Shown one piece after another: positions 12,378 to 25,015 of a DNA stretch of 64,000 bases. The notes beneath the pieces are model-generated. The model saw only the letters and a program-made list of their open reading frames with translations. It was not told the DNA's origin and did not search any database. The first letter of the stretch is position 1; every line of letters begins with the position of its first letter. A program made the position numbers and the translations under genes. This DNA comes from Paraspadella gotoi (taxonomy: Eukaryota; Animalia; Chaetognatha): assembly GCA_051294375.1 (NCBI GenBank), contig CM119269.1, positions 20,285,126-20,349,125 of the forward strand, in the 5' to 3' direction.

Positions 12378-12421
12378 CTGATGAAGGCTTGCATTCAAAG
12401 CCGAAACGTTTTGAAACGTTT
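12378..12421 (+). ncRNA. Minimal hammerhead ribozyme motif (Penelope-like LTR type)
   Basis: CTGATGA-a-GGCTT-gcattca-AAGCC-GAAACGTT-ttga-AACGTT gives an intact core, stem II, stem III and a GUU triplet. Stem I pairs poorly. Flanked by the inverted repeat 12237-12259/12449-12471. Confidence 0.65.
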
Positions 12422-13356
12422 CTTTGAAATAAAAATTTGTTGTAAACTGAAACCAAATTGCCTATAAATTTATTATAACGAAAACGACAACGAAACGATG
12501 AAAACGACGACTAAACGACAAAGAAAACAATACGAAGACGACGACGAAAACGACAACGAAAACGATGAAGACGACAAAAACAACGTAAGATGACGACGAA
12601 GACAACGATGACGACGAAGACAACGATGACGACGAAGACAACGATGACGACCAAGACGACGAAAATTACGACGAAAACGACGACGAAAAAGATGACAAAA
12701 ACGACGACGAAAAATGACGGTGAAAACGACGACGAAAACGACGACGAAAATGACGGTGAAAATGACGGTGATAATGACGACGACGGTGAAGACGACGACG
12801 ACGAAACTGTGTGTAAGTTAAAGAGAGGAGAGAGACAGAGAGAGAGAGAGAAAGAGAGAGAGTCATCGTTTAAATTGAACGAACTTCCATGAATAATCAC
12901 TGGATTTACCGGGTCTCCAATATTTCTAAATTTGTTTTTTTTTTTAGATTCGGAAAGAATTTTAGAAAGAAATCGGTGAAAACGACGACGATGAAAACTG
13001 ACTGTGAAGACGAAGACAAAACCAACTCACTCTCTCTCTCTCTCTCCAAACCGATGACGAAAAAGATGAAGAAACGACGGCGAACACTTTGTCATTGAAT
13101 TCTTTTTATTAGAAATTTTATTACAACGAGTGAGATAGAAATGAGAGAGAAAGGAAAAAAAATATAATTGAAACCAATATGCATTTTCAATTTTATTATA
13201 AATTTGATTTTGAAATTCATTAGCCTCGCAGACGTATTTTGCTGGTCGTCTTCTATTTCTGTTAAAAATATTGGTTAAGAGTTAAATTTTATTCATTCAC
13301 TATTTACTAACTTTATAATAAGATTTTAGCATCAATATCTCCATTTTATTGTTGGA

Positions 13357-15750
13357 ATTAGTCCAGTCTTTTCCGTACGATGTTGAGTTCATCACTTTCC
13401 GTCGGGGCCACCTCGTACGCTGATTATTTTCAAATCAATTCACTAATTGGATAGAAACGTAACCTCCAACATTAATACAAGTATGAGAAGAGGAAGCGCT
13501 CTTTATCTCTCCTAAAATTAAATCTGTTGCAAACTACAGTCAACGGAAACCGGAAAGATATCACATAGGGCATAAGAAATGTTTACCAAATGAAATGACA
13601 TCCTTGTTTGAATTTTAAGAGGGATTTGACCTTTTTTTCTGTCCTTTCCTGTGCGTGTATGAAGGAGATGATATCACTATTAAAATTCCTTTATCAGAGG
13701 AGGCCCAGACCCAAGAATTCAGCTTTCTGCATTAAAAAATAAAAATTCGAATTATGGAAAAATGACTTCCCAAGTGAAAGTAGAGAATGGAGGGTATCAG
13801 TATTTAGGGGAGATCAATTAAAAATTTTCCAAATAAATATCTCGTCCTTGTTCGAATTGCAACAAGGAGATGGGAATTTTTTCTCCACTTTCCCGCGCGA
13901 AGAAAAATTAATGACTATCACCATTCGAATTCATTTAATGATAGACCCTTAAGCTTATGATATCATTTTTATCACTGGGTCCCCTTAAGGTTTACGTTTA
14001 CGTAGAATAAAAAAGTCGAGACAGAGTGCAAAAAATTGGAGCCCGAAACAAAGTTACAAAGGTATACCGTATAGAGTTTGACTACAAAAAAATATGAAAT
14101 TAGTACAACCAATTTAAAAAATATCAATTCATTGGATAAATGCTCTCTTGCCCCTGACGTTAGACACGCTATGTAATAGAAAAATGGCAAGAGAAGTAAA
14201 CAAGCTTTAGCAACAAAGACGTGGTGACATTGACAGTAATTATTAATGATAAAAATAAATAAATGAAAAAAGTACTTTGCAAGTATAGGTGAAAAAAAAG
14301 TAAGAGAAAAAAAGGAAGGGAAGAGTGAATCACTGAATCACCGTCACCTTTGACTTCCTCAATTCCTCATCCCTCTCAGGTTGATGGAATCGTGACCAAA
14401 ACCGGAGACCCGACTTCCTACATCTGGTGCGAGGCAACGACCAACAAGGGTGTCGTGGTCAAGTGCACTCCGGACGGTTACGTCTACAACGAGGACATAC
14501 CCGCCTGTGTCCCTCCGCAGTATAATGCCGTAAGGAAGTGGTGGTGCAATGGCAATATCCACTAGCACATATTTACAATTAAAAAACTTTTTTTCTTAAA
14601 TCAGGCGACGACTAAATGCAAAAACCTTCCGAATACCTGGACTTGCACTACAAACTTTAACGTGGGAACCGTCTGTACTCTCACTTGCGATACAGGTGAG
14701 GGCTGAAAAAGATAAATGTAAAATATTGTTCAAACTTTCTCCAATAAAGCCTTAAAGTGATCGTGACTGAGTCAAGGTTGAAAATAGGAGTCAATTCGAA
14801 ATTCTTCTTTCTGGAGTTTCGCGTTTGAAAATAAAAAGTTTAATAAATTTTTATAGTTGCCCGTTTACCTTTGGTTGGGGTGCTTAAAATGCCGGTACTA
14901 GTGTAAATATAATTCAAAGCAAAGTTGCCTTTTTTTCTCGTTTTACAAGCTTGTTTCCCTGCTTCTCTAAGGTTACGCTCCCTCGGACGGAGGAAATGGG
15001 ATGGTCACTTGTTTGCAAGGATCGAACACGCACGCCAAATGGGACAAACCTATTCCGACATGCAAGTCCAAATGCGTCCCAAATCCCTGCGTGCAAGGAA
15101 CATGCGCGCTTCAGGGGGGCAACGCCCAATGCACTTGCACTGCCGGTTGGGAAGGTGAGAATAAGAAAGTGAAGGACGACGTATGGGCGAAATAGGCTCG
15201 GTTTACGAGGATCAAAAATTTGTATAGAAAATTCGTTTTTTAACCGTTTGTTCATTTGATTTTTTTCTTCTTATAGTAAGTTTTTCCAGCTAACAAAATT
15301 TATTAAGCTACGAATTTTTTTATCGAGGCCCAACCTGCACAAAAGTTAAGTTCATGTGTGGCTCCAAAAATTGCGGAAACAAAGGCTACTGCATCAACAA
15401 CATCAACGATCCAAAATGCGAATGCGTTGCTGGTTACGAGGGGAGCACTTGCGCCGACAAGGTAAATCTCAAATGTGGTATGGTTTGGAATTCTTGGGTA
15501 AGGAAGTGAAGATTAAAAACTTGTAGTTAATTGAATTGAATATTCGTGAAAGAACTTAAGGGAGTGGTCTTTTCATACAATTGAAACATTCTTTGAAATA
15601 TTATACCACTTCATTGATAGGGAAGCCAGGTACTCTGGGAGTGAATAAACGAGACTGTGAGAGAGTCTTGATTGAAAGCTTGCAGGGACCTGCTATGTCA
15701 TTATCTTGTAAGAGTGATGGAGGCCTTAAACCACCAAAGCCTGTCCAAAG
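13357..15750 (-). pseudogene. Possible divergent or decayed ionotropic glutamate receptor (IR)-like gene, antisense to and interleaved with the CCP/EGF gene
   Basis: Collinear weak motifs: LWTGFGG..DIA (15750-15691), R..NFALNYIYTSTGILSTP (~14942-14869), FFSP..LTSG..FKLVVLISYFFVVKLYTVYLCNFVS (open frame 14337-13975), VKSLLKFKQG (13630-13601) and a hydrophobic M4-like stretch (~13530-13445). The frames do not join cleanly. Confidence 0.3.
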
Positions 15751-18700
15751 TCAGGGGCAAGATAGCTTATTTATTAAATGAATGGATAATTTTTATATTG
15801 GTTGTACCAATTTCTTAATATTCCTTTTTCTCGTTTTCAGGTTCAGTGTCCCGATCCGACCGCAGCGGTGAAAGGGACGATTGCACCCACAGCATCCAAA
15901 TACGAATTTGAAGATAAGGTCAAGGTCACGTGCGCCACCGGGTGAGTAAGAGTAAGAGAGAGAGATAGATATGGATATTGAATGAAACGAACAAATTCCC
16001 AATGATCAGCAAATACGTCTCCGGAAAAGCGGCCACCTCCAAAACGCAAGATATTCAGTGTGGAGCAGACAAAAAGTGGACGCCAAATATCGAGTGTCTG
16101 CCGGTCGACTGTGGCCAGCCCAAAATACCGCCTGAAAGCGGCTCGGCGACTGCCACAGGTAAGTTTGAATAAACGACCAGCACGAAATCCATCCCGCAGG
16201 AAGCCGCTCGGATGCCATAGGTAAGTTTGTATCAACAGCTAGCCCAACAACTTCCCATCAAGCTGGAGTCCAACTGCCATAGGTAAGTTTAAATTAAACT
16301 CCAGTTCAACATCGCTCCGACAACCGACAATAGTAAGTTAAACTTAATGGCAAAACAAACATTGCAATCGCTACAATGTCGCCACATTGTTTGCGAAGAA
16401 AAAGTGACTGAGCAGTCACAAGTAACAGAGTTGTGACAGAGAAAACTTGCGACAGAGTTGACTGTTGAGTGTTGACCTTTTCTCGATTCTCCCTCACAGC
16501 CACCGTTTACGACAGCACCGCAGATCTGAGGTGCCAAGTGGGTTACTCCATCCCTACTCTTAGCGGTGCCAACAGCGGAACTTTGAAATGTCAAGACAAC
16601 GGAGAGTGGGGCACTGCGGTTTGCCAGCCGCATAACTGTCAAGCTCTCACGGCGCCTGCCAACGCTCTATCCGTTACTCGTGAGTACTTTAAATTAAAAG
16701 TTATGTCTTTCGTTAATTCATTCATTTAATCATTTTTAGTTTTATTTATTATTGATAATAAATTTTTATTATTATTATTATTAATATTATTATTTTACAA
16801 CTATTCATAGAAAAATTTAAGTCATTTTGTCTTTCTTTATTCCCTTCCGAGACCTAGGTTGATTCTTTAATTTCCATTTTCATTTATTCATAAATTCACC
16901 TAATGAAGAGACAGTAATTATTGATATGTGTTAATGACAGAACCGTTCAATATAAGCAGTCCCTGAGCTTCGGATCAGGCAGTAACACCGAGTTAGTTAG
17001 GCGGCCACCGGGATAGAACCCCGTGCCTTTGGGTTGGGAGGCGAATGACTTGCCTCCGGCACCAATGGCCACTGATGAACGGTTGGTGGATTTTAGTCCA
17101 CCATACTAACAATTAATTTTACCATTTTTTAAAATTTATCCTTTCATTCATTAATTTTTGCTTTTCTCCTCGGCTTCATTTCTTTTTTTTTCCTCCTAAC
17201 TCTTTATTTCTTTCACCCTTAGAACCCGTGACTACTTTTGGCAAATCGGCGACGATCACCTGCAGCGTGGGTTACATCGTCAAGGACACCACCTCCAACA
17301 CGGGTTCCGTCATCTGCAAACTTCCCGGCACCGGAACTAACGCCGCCGGTTGGGCCGATTTCCCGGGATGTGTGGAGAAGGTCTGCGATGGTCCGCCCGT
17401 ACCGACCTCGCCTACGGGTGAGTCAATTCGTCTCGAATTAAAATTTTACATGTCGTAGAACAAGTGAAGATTTATACTTGCCACAATAGCATAAAATATT
17501 GAATTTTTAATTTTACAATTTACCTATTTTAGGGACATTGTTATTTAGTGAGTTGTCATAAAAATTGTATAAAAAAGAAATGTAACTCTGTTCACAAAAT
17601 TCACGTTGGTCAAAAGTTTTATATATATATATATCATAAATAGATAGCGGCATTATATGTATTTTTTTTAGTGTGGCATATGGTGGATGAAGATATTTTG
17701 AAACGATTTTTCGGTTAATTTTCAGGTTTAACCAACATCGGAAGTCTTAACTACAACGGGAATTCTTCACCTTACAAATACAACAATGAGGTACAAACTT
17801 TGATGATGGTCCATGAACGACTTGAACGTATCATCTAAACATAAATATCTATTTTTTAAACCTATTGTCGTATCGTATCCTTTCTTTGCGTTGGGTAGTA
17901 TCATTAAATGAAGAATTTTGTTTTCTTAACAATTTTGTATAAAGTGAAAATTATTTTCCCCCGCAATCTAACCTCTTCAGGTGACCCTCCAATGCCAAGC
18001 AAATTACAAAGTCAACGGCGGCGACGCAAACAAAAAACTCAAATGCTCCTACACCGGGTGGGTTCCGATGACTGTGACGCCGTCTTGCACTCCGCTCAAG
18101 TGCAATATAGCATTCGGGACGGGATTCGCCAACGGAGACGTCGTCTTCTCCAACTCGGACAATGTCGGCACTAAAGCCACCATTACTTGCAAGCCGGGAT
18201 ATATCATCGACTCCACGGTCGGAACGCTGCTAACTCAAGTTTAAAATATACTTTCGTATTATTTCAGTCCTTTCAGTTCTGCTTTTCTTTAATATGATCT
18301 ACTTTAAGACTCGGACGGCACATAGGTCCATTCTGTACTGAACATTATTCATCTCCATTTTTTGGTTGTGCCAGGAGTACTCTAGAGCAACTCTATAATA
18401 TCACGTGTAGGTGGTTCGATCGGTGGTTCTGTCTGTTTGTCTGTCTATCCATTGGCCTGTCTTACATTTAAATTGATCAAAGTAATTCGGGTAATATTGC
18501 CATAATTCAGTTAATAATACATAGTAGTAGGGTGATATACCATAAGATTCAGAATGTGCACGTGTTTCATATGATGACTGAAAAAAGCGCGGGGTATCTC
18601 ACAAACTGGCGTAGGGGCTGCGGACCCTCAGTGTCCGCCTCTGTCGCTGGCATGTTTAAACCACCTTCGTCACGTTTAAGCCATAATCGGGATAACCCGG

Positions 18701-20716
18701 GATTGAACCCGTGACTCATGTTTCAAACGAGATGATTTAGACTACACAGCCATTGAGACGAGGCTGATGACGGACAGCGGTGAGGCAGCTTTAAGTTATG
18801 CTGCAGTATATGTAGTCAATCCTCTGAAAATAATTATTCAAAAGTAAGTCACATAAGAGCTTGAACTTACCAGTTACTGTATCCATGCTGTTGACGTGCC
18901 TTTTAAATCTGTCTTCCCTCAATTTTTTTTAGTTTTAAACGTTAAGCTATCAATCAATATCTATAATTTCCTCAACAATTGAATTAAACAAATACATCTT
19001 CAAAACGACGACTTATCGTTTGATGCCTCATCTTTTTTTTTCCTCTCGCAAAGACGACCACCACGAAAGATCTGACTTGCTCGGCCAACTCTCAGCAAGA
19101 CGACACCGTCTGGAGCCCCTCAAGCATCCCGTCATGCAACAAACGATCTTGTCCCGGCCTCAACAACCCGACCCATGGCTCCTGGTCGGTCAACGCGGGC
19201 TCCTTCGGCGATAAGGCCAAACTCACCTGCAATACAAACTACTTCCCTTACCCGCAAAATGGCAATGATGTCGCTTGCGGACCCGCGGGAAAGTGGTTGC
19301 CCGATCCAGCAACCTGTAATGTGCGTAGTGAGACCGTTTGTGAACTGGCAAGGGTTGGTTTTATAAAAAGGACTGGCAAAGAGAAAAGTGTAGTGACGAG
19401 TAGAAATCGTGGTTGGATTAATGAAAGTAGGGAAACTAAGAAGTTCTGGCGGTATATTTACACCGCCTCAAAGTAAAAAAAAAAAGAATAAGAATAGCAT
19501 TAAGCGAATCAAAAAAAAATATTTTTTTTTCTCTAATAGGTAAAGTCTTGCGATCCGGTGGAGATCACCAACGGTAATGTGAAATTGAAGAGCAACAACA
19601 ACGTCGTCACTGGATCAATTCCGGTTAACGAACAAATTTATTTCGTCTGCGACAACGGATTTAAGCTAAGCAAGGAAGGTTAGTCGCAGATTGGTAATGT
19701 TTTATTATTTCATTTAAGTAACATTCGGATTCTACCCGAGTCGCGGATCCGATTCCATTTTCGGTTCTGATTCCATCTGTGATTATTTCAAGTGTTTTAT
19801 TTATTGAAAGGAGAATAACTTCTTTCCATCTTCCACTCAGTGACTCTAACCTGCCAAGATCAACCCAGCCTTAGCGTAGGCAAGTACAGCGACGATGCGC
19901 CCACCTGTCAGAACGAAGACAATTGCGTCGTCAACAAGGTCCCCGTCAATTGCGGCGCCAACGGAAATTGCAAAGACGGCGTCGCCAAATACGTGTGTGA
20001 GTGCAATCCTGGTTGGACCAATGTCGACGTCAACGACAAGACCTCGCTCTGCACGACGCCGGTGAGCAGATTCGAAATCGGACGGAGAGTAGGTGCTATT
20101 TATTCTCTTGTCGTCAATATGGCGCTGCTTTGGTGTAGTTTGTTTTTAAGTCTCGTTTCTGTTTTAATTCCCAGGTGGATCCATGCCAAAACCAACCGTG
20201 CAAAAACAATGGGGCCTGTACCCTCAACACCGCCTACACAACAGATTCCAACCTTTATCCCTATAAATGCGACTGCAATCCGAGCACCAGATTTTCTGGG
20301 TACGATTGTGAGAAAGACAACCAGATTTCCGCGCCAGCCAAATGTTCTGGTGAGTTCAACGTCAACTCGTTCTCTCGTTTCTCGATTTTTTTTTTGATTC
20401 ATCCTTGTCATCTTTTATGAGGCAGTCTATATGGCAGAAAATTATAACAATAATGTTAAAAATAGAAACCGACCGACTAACTTTTGAATTTTTCTTCCGT
20501 TTCTTCTCAACGTTTTTCTCCGCCATAACCCTTTCAAAAGATGTGGGTAGTCAACCTCACCCGGGCAGCTGCTTGAAGTTTTACACCTGCCAATGGGGTA
20601 ACTCTCAAGTCCAAAGTTGTCCACCCAACAACGTCTTCGACTCGACGATCAGTAATTGCCAAGTGCCTCTCCTGGCGAAGGCCGCGTCCAAATGCACCGC
20701 CAACAACAACTTGTGA
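14380..20716 (+). CDS. Extracellular chitin-binding type-2 (CBM14) / sushi (CCP) / EGF multidomain protein, 5'-incomplete
   Basis: 15 GT-AG exons join in frame (2463 nt, 820 aa plus TGA): 14380-14529, 14605-14695, 14972-15154, 15328-15461, 15841-15941, 16010-16158, 16500-16679, 17223-17417, 17726-17790, 17981-18217, 19054-19320, 19540-19678, 19841-20061, 20175-20349, 20541-20716. CCP signatures (TC..GY..C..W..P.C), EGF signatures (C.C..G[WY].G..C) and CBM14 signatures (YIWC..C..GYVYN..ACV; FYTC..CPPNNVFD..C). AATAAA at ~20793. Confidence 0.9.
16903..17212 (-). mobile_element. tRNA-derived SINE-like repeat, copy 2 (intronic)
   Basis: Reverse complement of 20931-21153 in both the head and the tail (CCTGATC..GCTCAGGGACTGCTTATATTGAACG..TTACTGTCTCTTCA). 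Confidence 0.7.
18360..18462 (-). mobile_element. Fragment of a Helentron/DINE-1-like element
   Basis: T-tract, GGTTG..GAGCAACTCTAT hairpin-like end and (GTCT)n tract, resembling 21529-21725. Confidence 0.4.
18540..18770 (-). mobile_element. Second tRNA-derived SINE-like element (intronic)
   Basis: Minus strand has an A-box-like TGGCTGTGTAGTC and a B-box GGTTCAATCCC (~18698-18708). No full cloverleaf. Confidence 0.45.
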
Positions 20717-20930
20717 TCGACCGACTGGTAAAGAATCTATTTCCATTTTTACCAACCAATTTTTGCTCCGCTATAATAATTTCAAGAAACGTAATAAAAA
20801 AAAATGAACTAAAATTTTATTCGTACTAATTAATTAAATCGTCGTTTTTTCATGAGATGTATGATATATTTCGTATCGTATCCTTGTTGCCCAAAGATTC
20901 CAGCTTTTTTCGTGAAATATATATATATTA

Positions 20931-21153
20931 TGGTGGATTAAAATCCAACAACCGTTCATCAGCGGCCATTGGTGCCGGAGGCAAGTCATTCGCCTCCCAG
21001 TCCGGGGTTCTAGCCCGGTGGTCGCCTAGCAGTTAAGAGGGACGGGGCGCTTAACCCGCCTGTAACATGGTGTTACAGCCTGATCCTAAGCTCAGGGACT
21101 GCTTATATTGAACGCTTCTGTCACTAACACATAACAATAATTACTGTCTCTTC
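20931..21153 (+). mobile_element. tRNA-derived SINE-like repeat, copy 3
   Basis: GCGGCCA-TTGGTGCCGGAGGC..CTCCCA..GGTTCTAGCCCGG-TGGTCGC: acceptor-stem pairing is retained and the anticodon arm is broken. Shares its tail with copy 2. Confidence 0.7.
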
Positions 21154-21528
21154 AATATATATATAATTAGAAAATATTTTTCAGGAACTCTCACGACAAA
21201 ACCAGGACCTCCGGAGCCACAGATTTCGAACAAAAGAAAAAAAAGAAATTGTGACACCAAAAGATTCGGGATATTTTCGGGAAAAAAAATATGAAAAAAG
21301 GGTCCTTCTGTATTTTTTTTTCCGCTACCTGGCGAGTCAATTTATGTTCTTAACTCAATTTCTCACTTTTTTATGCGTTGAACTTGGAATCTCACTGTTG
21401 GATTTTATTTACCCTCACATTGACAATACATCTCGTTCATGAACTTTCACTTTAATGTTTTGTTTCACTACGTCAAAAGAAACTAAATTTTTACTCTCCG
21501 TGAATTTTCAGCTAATTTAGAGTTTGCT

Positions 21529-21725
21529 TTTTAGTTACGCGGAGCAACTCTATGACTAACTTTCGGTCTTCTGTCGGTCGGTCTTTCGGTCTGTCGGTCG
21601 GTATGACTGTCCGTTGTTCTGTCCCACTTACGTTAAAAATGCACATAATTTGCCTATAGTTAGTTGCTCATTTGTTAAGAAGGAAAATCTAAGGGACTGC
21701 TAGTGCCGCTTTCTGGAAATCCTAA
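21529..21725 (-). mobile_element. Helentron/DINE-1-like element, family B
   Basis: Reverse-complement homologue of 29917-30110 (AAAAATGCACATAATT.GCCTATA, CTCATTTGTTAAGA, GTCCCACTTAC), with a (GTCG)n tract and a terminal hairpin next to a T-tract. Confidence 0.6.
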
Positions 21726-22302
21726 ATGCGAAATTCCGTTGCAGTGCTTGTCATAAATACAAAGGCAAAGATAGTTATTGAAGTCATATATAGTCATGTC
21801 ATTTTTGTTTTGTTTTATTTTTTTTAATTTTTTTGTTTTTATTGAAAAGAAATATTTTGATCATAAGAGGGTAAAAAAAAGGAAAAAAAAACATTAAAAA
21901 TCATCATCATCATCGATCAATGATGTTATTATTTTTTTTTAATTTTGACTACGAATTTTAACAGTTTTAATTCTATTTTTTATATAAATTTTTGTGGTCT
22001 ATCAGAAAAAGTTAAGACTGATCATTATCATTATAAAAACATTATAACTGAACTTTTTTTAAACAAATATTTTTAATTATCGCGAAATCCCTGTGATGTC
22101 CAAAAGTCACGCTCGGAGGCGGGAGCGTGAATATAGGTGAAGAGGCGTGGAACCAAACCCTTGTTTGACCTTTCGATTCGCGCGAGACCAAAGTCGAAAA
22201 AAGTCCGAAAATCACACAAAACTTACCTTTTGAGGACCAGGATTAACTCACCCGCCTACGACGCCGGGCCTTTTAGACTTATCCCCATCCTCCACACAAA
22301 CA

Positions 22303-22354
<52 letters not shown>

Positions 22355-22864
22355 TTCTCTATACATTTCTTTGTTTCTTCGTTTCTTCGTCTCTCTTGTA
22401 TAATATATAATATTACTCTCTCCAAAAGAGTTTCGAGATTTCGATACAATGAAACATCCAATTAATCAATCAATCTAATTAGCACGAAAATGAATCATTA
22501 AATCTTTTTAACCTATTTAAGATTAATAAATAAAAAAAAAAGAAATCATTCCATTGGAAAATCAATTTGTTATCAATTAAACATTTCATGCAATTCAATC
22601 AAATTAAAAACAACAACTGATAAAACCAAGTCAAGATTCTGTCCAAAAATATTTTCTTGTTAAAGTAATACATAACTCAAGCACTCAAAATATATTTGTA
22701 TATAATAGTCAGGAGTTAGGAATAAATTGATAATTTTATATTGATTGTATCATTTTCATTATTATTTAATATAATACTTATACTTTATAACTTTTCCTAA
22801 ATCTAGGAAATGAAATAAAAAATACTATATCTAATAATACTCGAATAAATAAGATATTGAGTTG

Positions 22865-23147
22865 TGAACCAATCATCGATGATAAAATCACGGATGATAA
22901 AATTGACGACCAATAAGTGAAGTCGTTGTCCGCAAAACTAAAAGCGTCTCTTGTCGCCGTTTCTCCGCACCAATGGAAGAACTCGGAACTTTGCGGAACT
23001 CCACAAGTTCCCTTGTCTTCGATCAACCAATGAAAGGAAATCGGTTTATGGCAGCGACCAATCAAAGCTCTTACTTTGTTCCTCGTTCATCCGTTTTTTT
23101 CCCGGCGAATGAATGTAGTTAGCCGATAGGAACCTCGAGCCAATCAG
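22865..23147 (+). promoter_or_regulatory. Cluster of six co-oriented CCAAT boxes followed by (GA)n
   Basis: CCAAT at 22869, 22910, 22970, 23027, 23058 and 23140, mostly in RCCAAT(C/G)R context. Confidence 0.5.
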
Positions 23148-23181
23148 AGAGTGGAGGAAGGAACGGAGAAGAGGAAAGCTG

Positions 23182-23227
<46 letters not shown>

Positions 23228-23317
23228 TATGGCTTCGTCTAGGTCGTAATCCTCGTCGTCGCCGTCGTAACCGTCGTCGTCATAATCGTCGCCGCCGCCG
23301 CTTCCTGGCACCGCGAT

Positions 23318-23390
<73 letters not shown>

Positions 23391-24729
23391 ACGCTTTCCC
23401 TCCCTCCCTCCTCTCTTCTCTTTCTCGTTTTCTCGCGTCCTTTCCTCTCATCTTTTTCCGCGACGAGAAAAAAAAAATTACGAAACCGAAATTTCTTTTT
23501 TTTTCTTTCTTTTCTTCTTTGAGCTAAAAATAGGATCACGTCAAAAGCCAAGGAGTGAAATCCCATTAATACCGATTATTTTTGTTATCATCAATTACTT
23601 CAATGATATAAATGACATTAATGACAGAACTGGTAATCATCTCGGTTGATAAACTCCTGATCTCTGGTTGCTTGAGAACTCAATGACTTTGATCAATCGC
23701 AATGCGAATCCAAATCTCCATCTCTAATATCGCAATTCTATAATAATTTTTTCTCGCCGACTCCAATCTACACGATCACACGTGAACAACGAAAAATATC
23801 ATCAAATAGATGTTTATTACTTCAGTCAGTGTGTATGTGACTGACCAGTTCGGATCGACAATCGCCAGTGAAGTCAACTGAGTCACCAACTGTGATCGAA
23901 TCGAGTCCAAAGGAGCACGGTCAGCGAAACGCGAATCGATCAGCCTCACAGTTTCACCTCGTCGATCGAATTTCCATCACGAAAGAAAGTCACGGAAGAG
24001 AGGAAACTGAAGTGTTTGTTCAACAGAGCGGTTTTAAACGAATCTTATTTGCTGCTGCGGTATCATCATTGACGTTCCAACGCCTTCGTATTATTTTGTC
24101 GCCCTCTCAGTCCCTGAGACTTCGACGGTTTAAACGTGACACAAAGCATCACAGCGCGTCATAATCGTTGAACAGCACCAGTTTAAACGTCAAAAGTGCA
24201 ACTACAACACAACATCACTCCTTCCCCAGCTACATTGTTTCTGACAACATCAACTCCAGGCTCGACGATGGCACCAACTACTTCGTCGACCCTTGAACCC
24301 TGAGCTCAAAATAGGTGAGTTAATATAATTCACCGACCCACCAGGGGTCATTCTTGGAGATCATTGACCTTTTTACCACTTGACCTCAGGACCATAACAC
24401 TTTAAGTAATTGGTTTCTTTGATTGGTTTCTTTGTTTCTTAGTTTCTTTGTTTCTTTGTTTCTTTGTTTCTTAGTTTAATTCTTGGTAGTTTTGTCGTAA
24501 AATTTCTTGATTACCATTAGGCTACATAAAATTACAACAAAAAAAAGACAATATATTACTCATTTTACTATATTAGACTTTAAAATATATAGAAATTTAA
24601 AATATGAAATATAGTTTACAAACAAAATATGGATTTCCCGTTGTCATCGTCTTCGTCGTCGAAGACTCTTAGGCGTCATAATTATGGGCGACGTCTTCTT
24701 CATCAGCGGCGACGCTGTTACTGGCATCT

Positions 24730-24763
<34 letters not shown>

Positions 24764-24908
24764 TGCCGCGGGCGTCGCGAGGCGAAACTTTTTTGGGGGA
24801 CAACAACAACAACAACCGAAACTCGGAACGGAATCCGTGAAAAGTTTTCGTGGAGAAGAATCGAGGGGGCTAGAGGCATCGTGGAAGCCGAGGCCGTCGG
24901 TCACACCA

Positions 24909-25015
<107 letters not shown>

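Noticed and set aside
11760-13100. Acidic or Thr/Lys-rich ORFs
   Set aside because: GAC/GAA trinucleotide low-complexity DNA with no splice or domain support.
20962-21027. Functional tRNA-Gly gene
   Set aside because: The anticodon arm is unpaired or deleted, and the copies share a long non-tRNA tail, so this is SINE-like.
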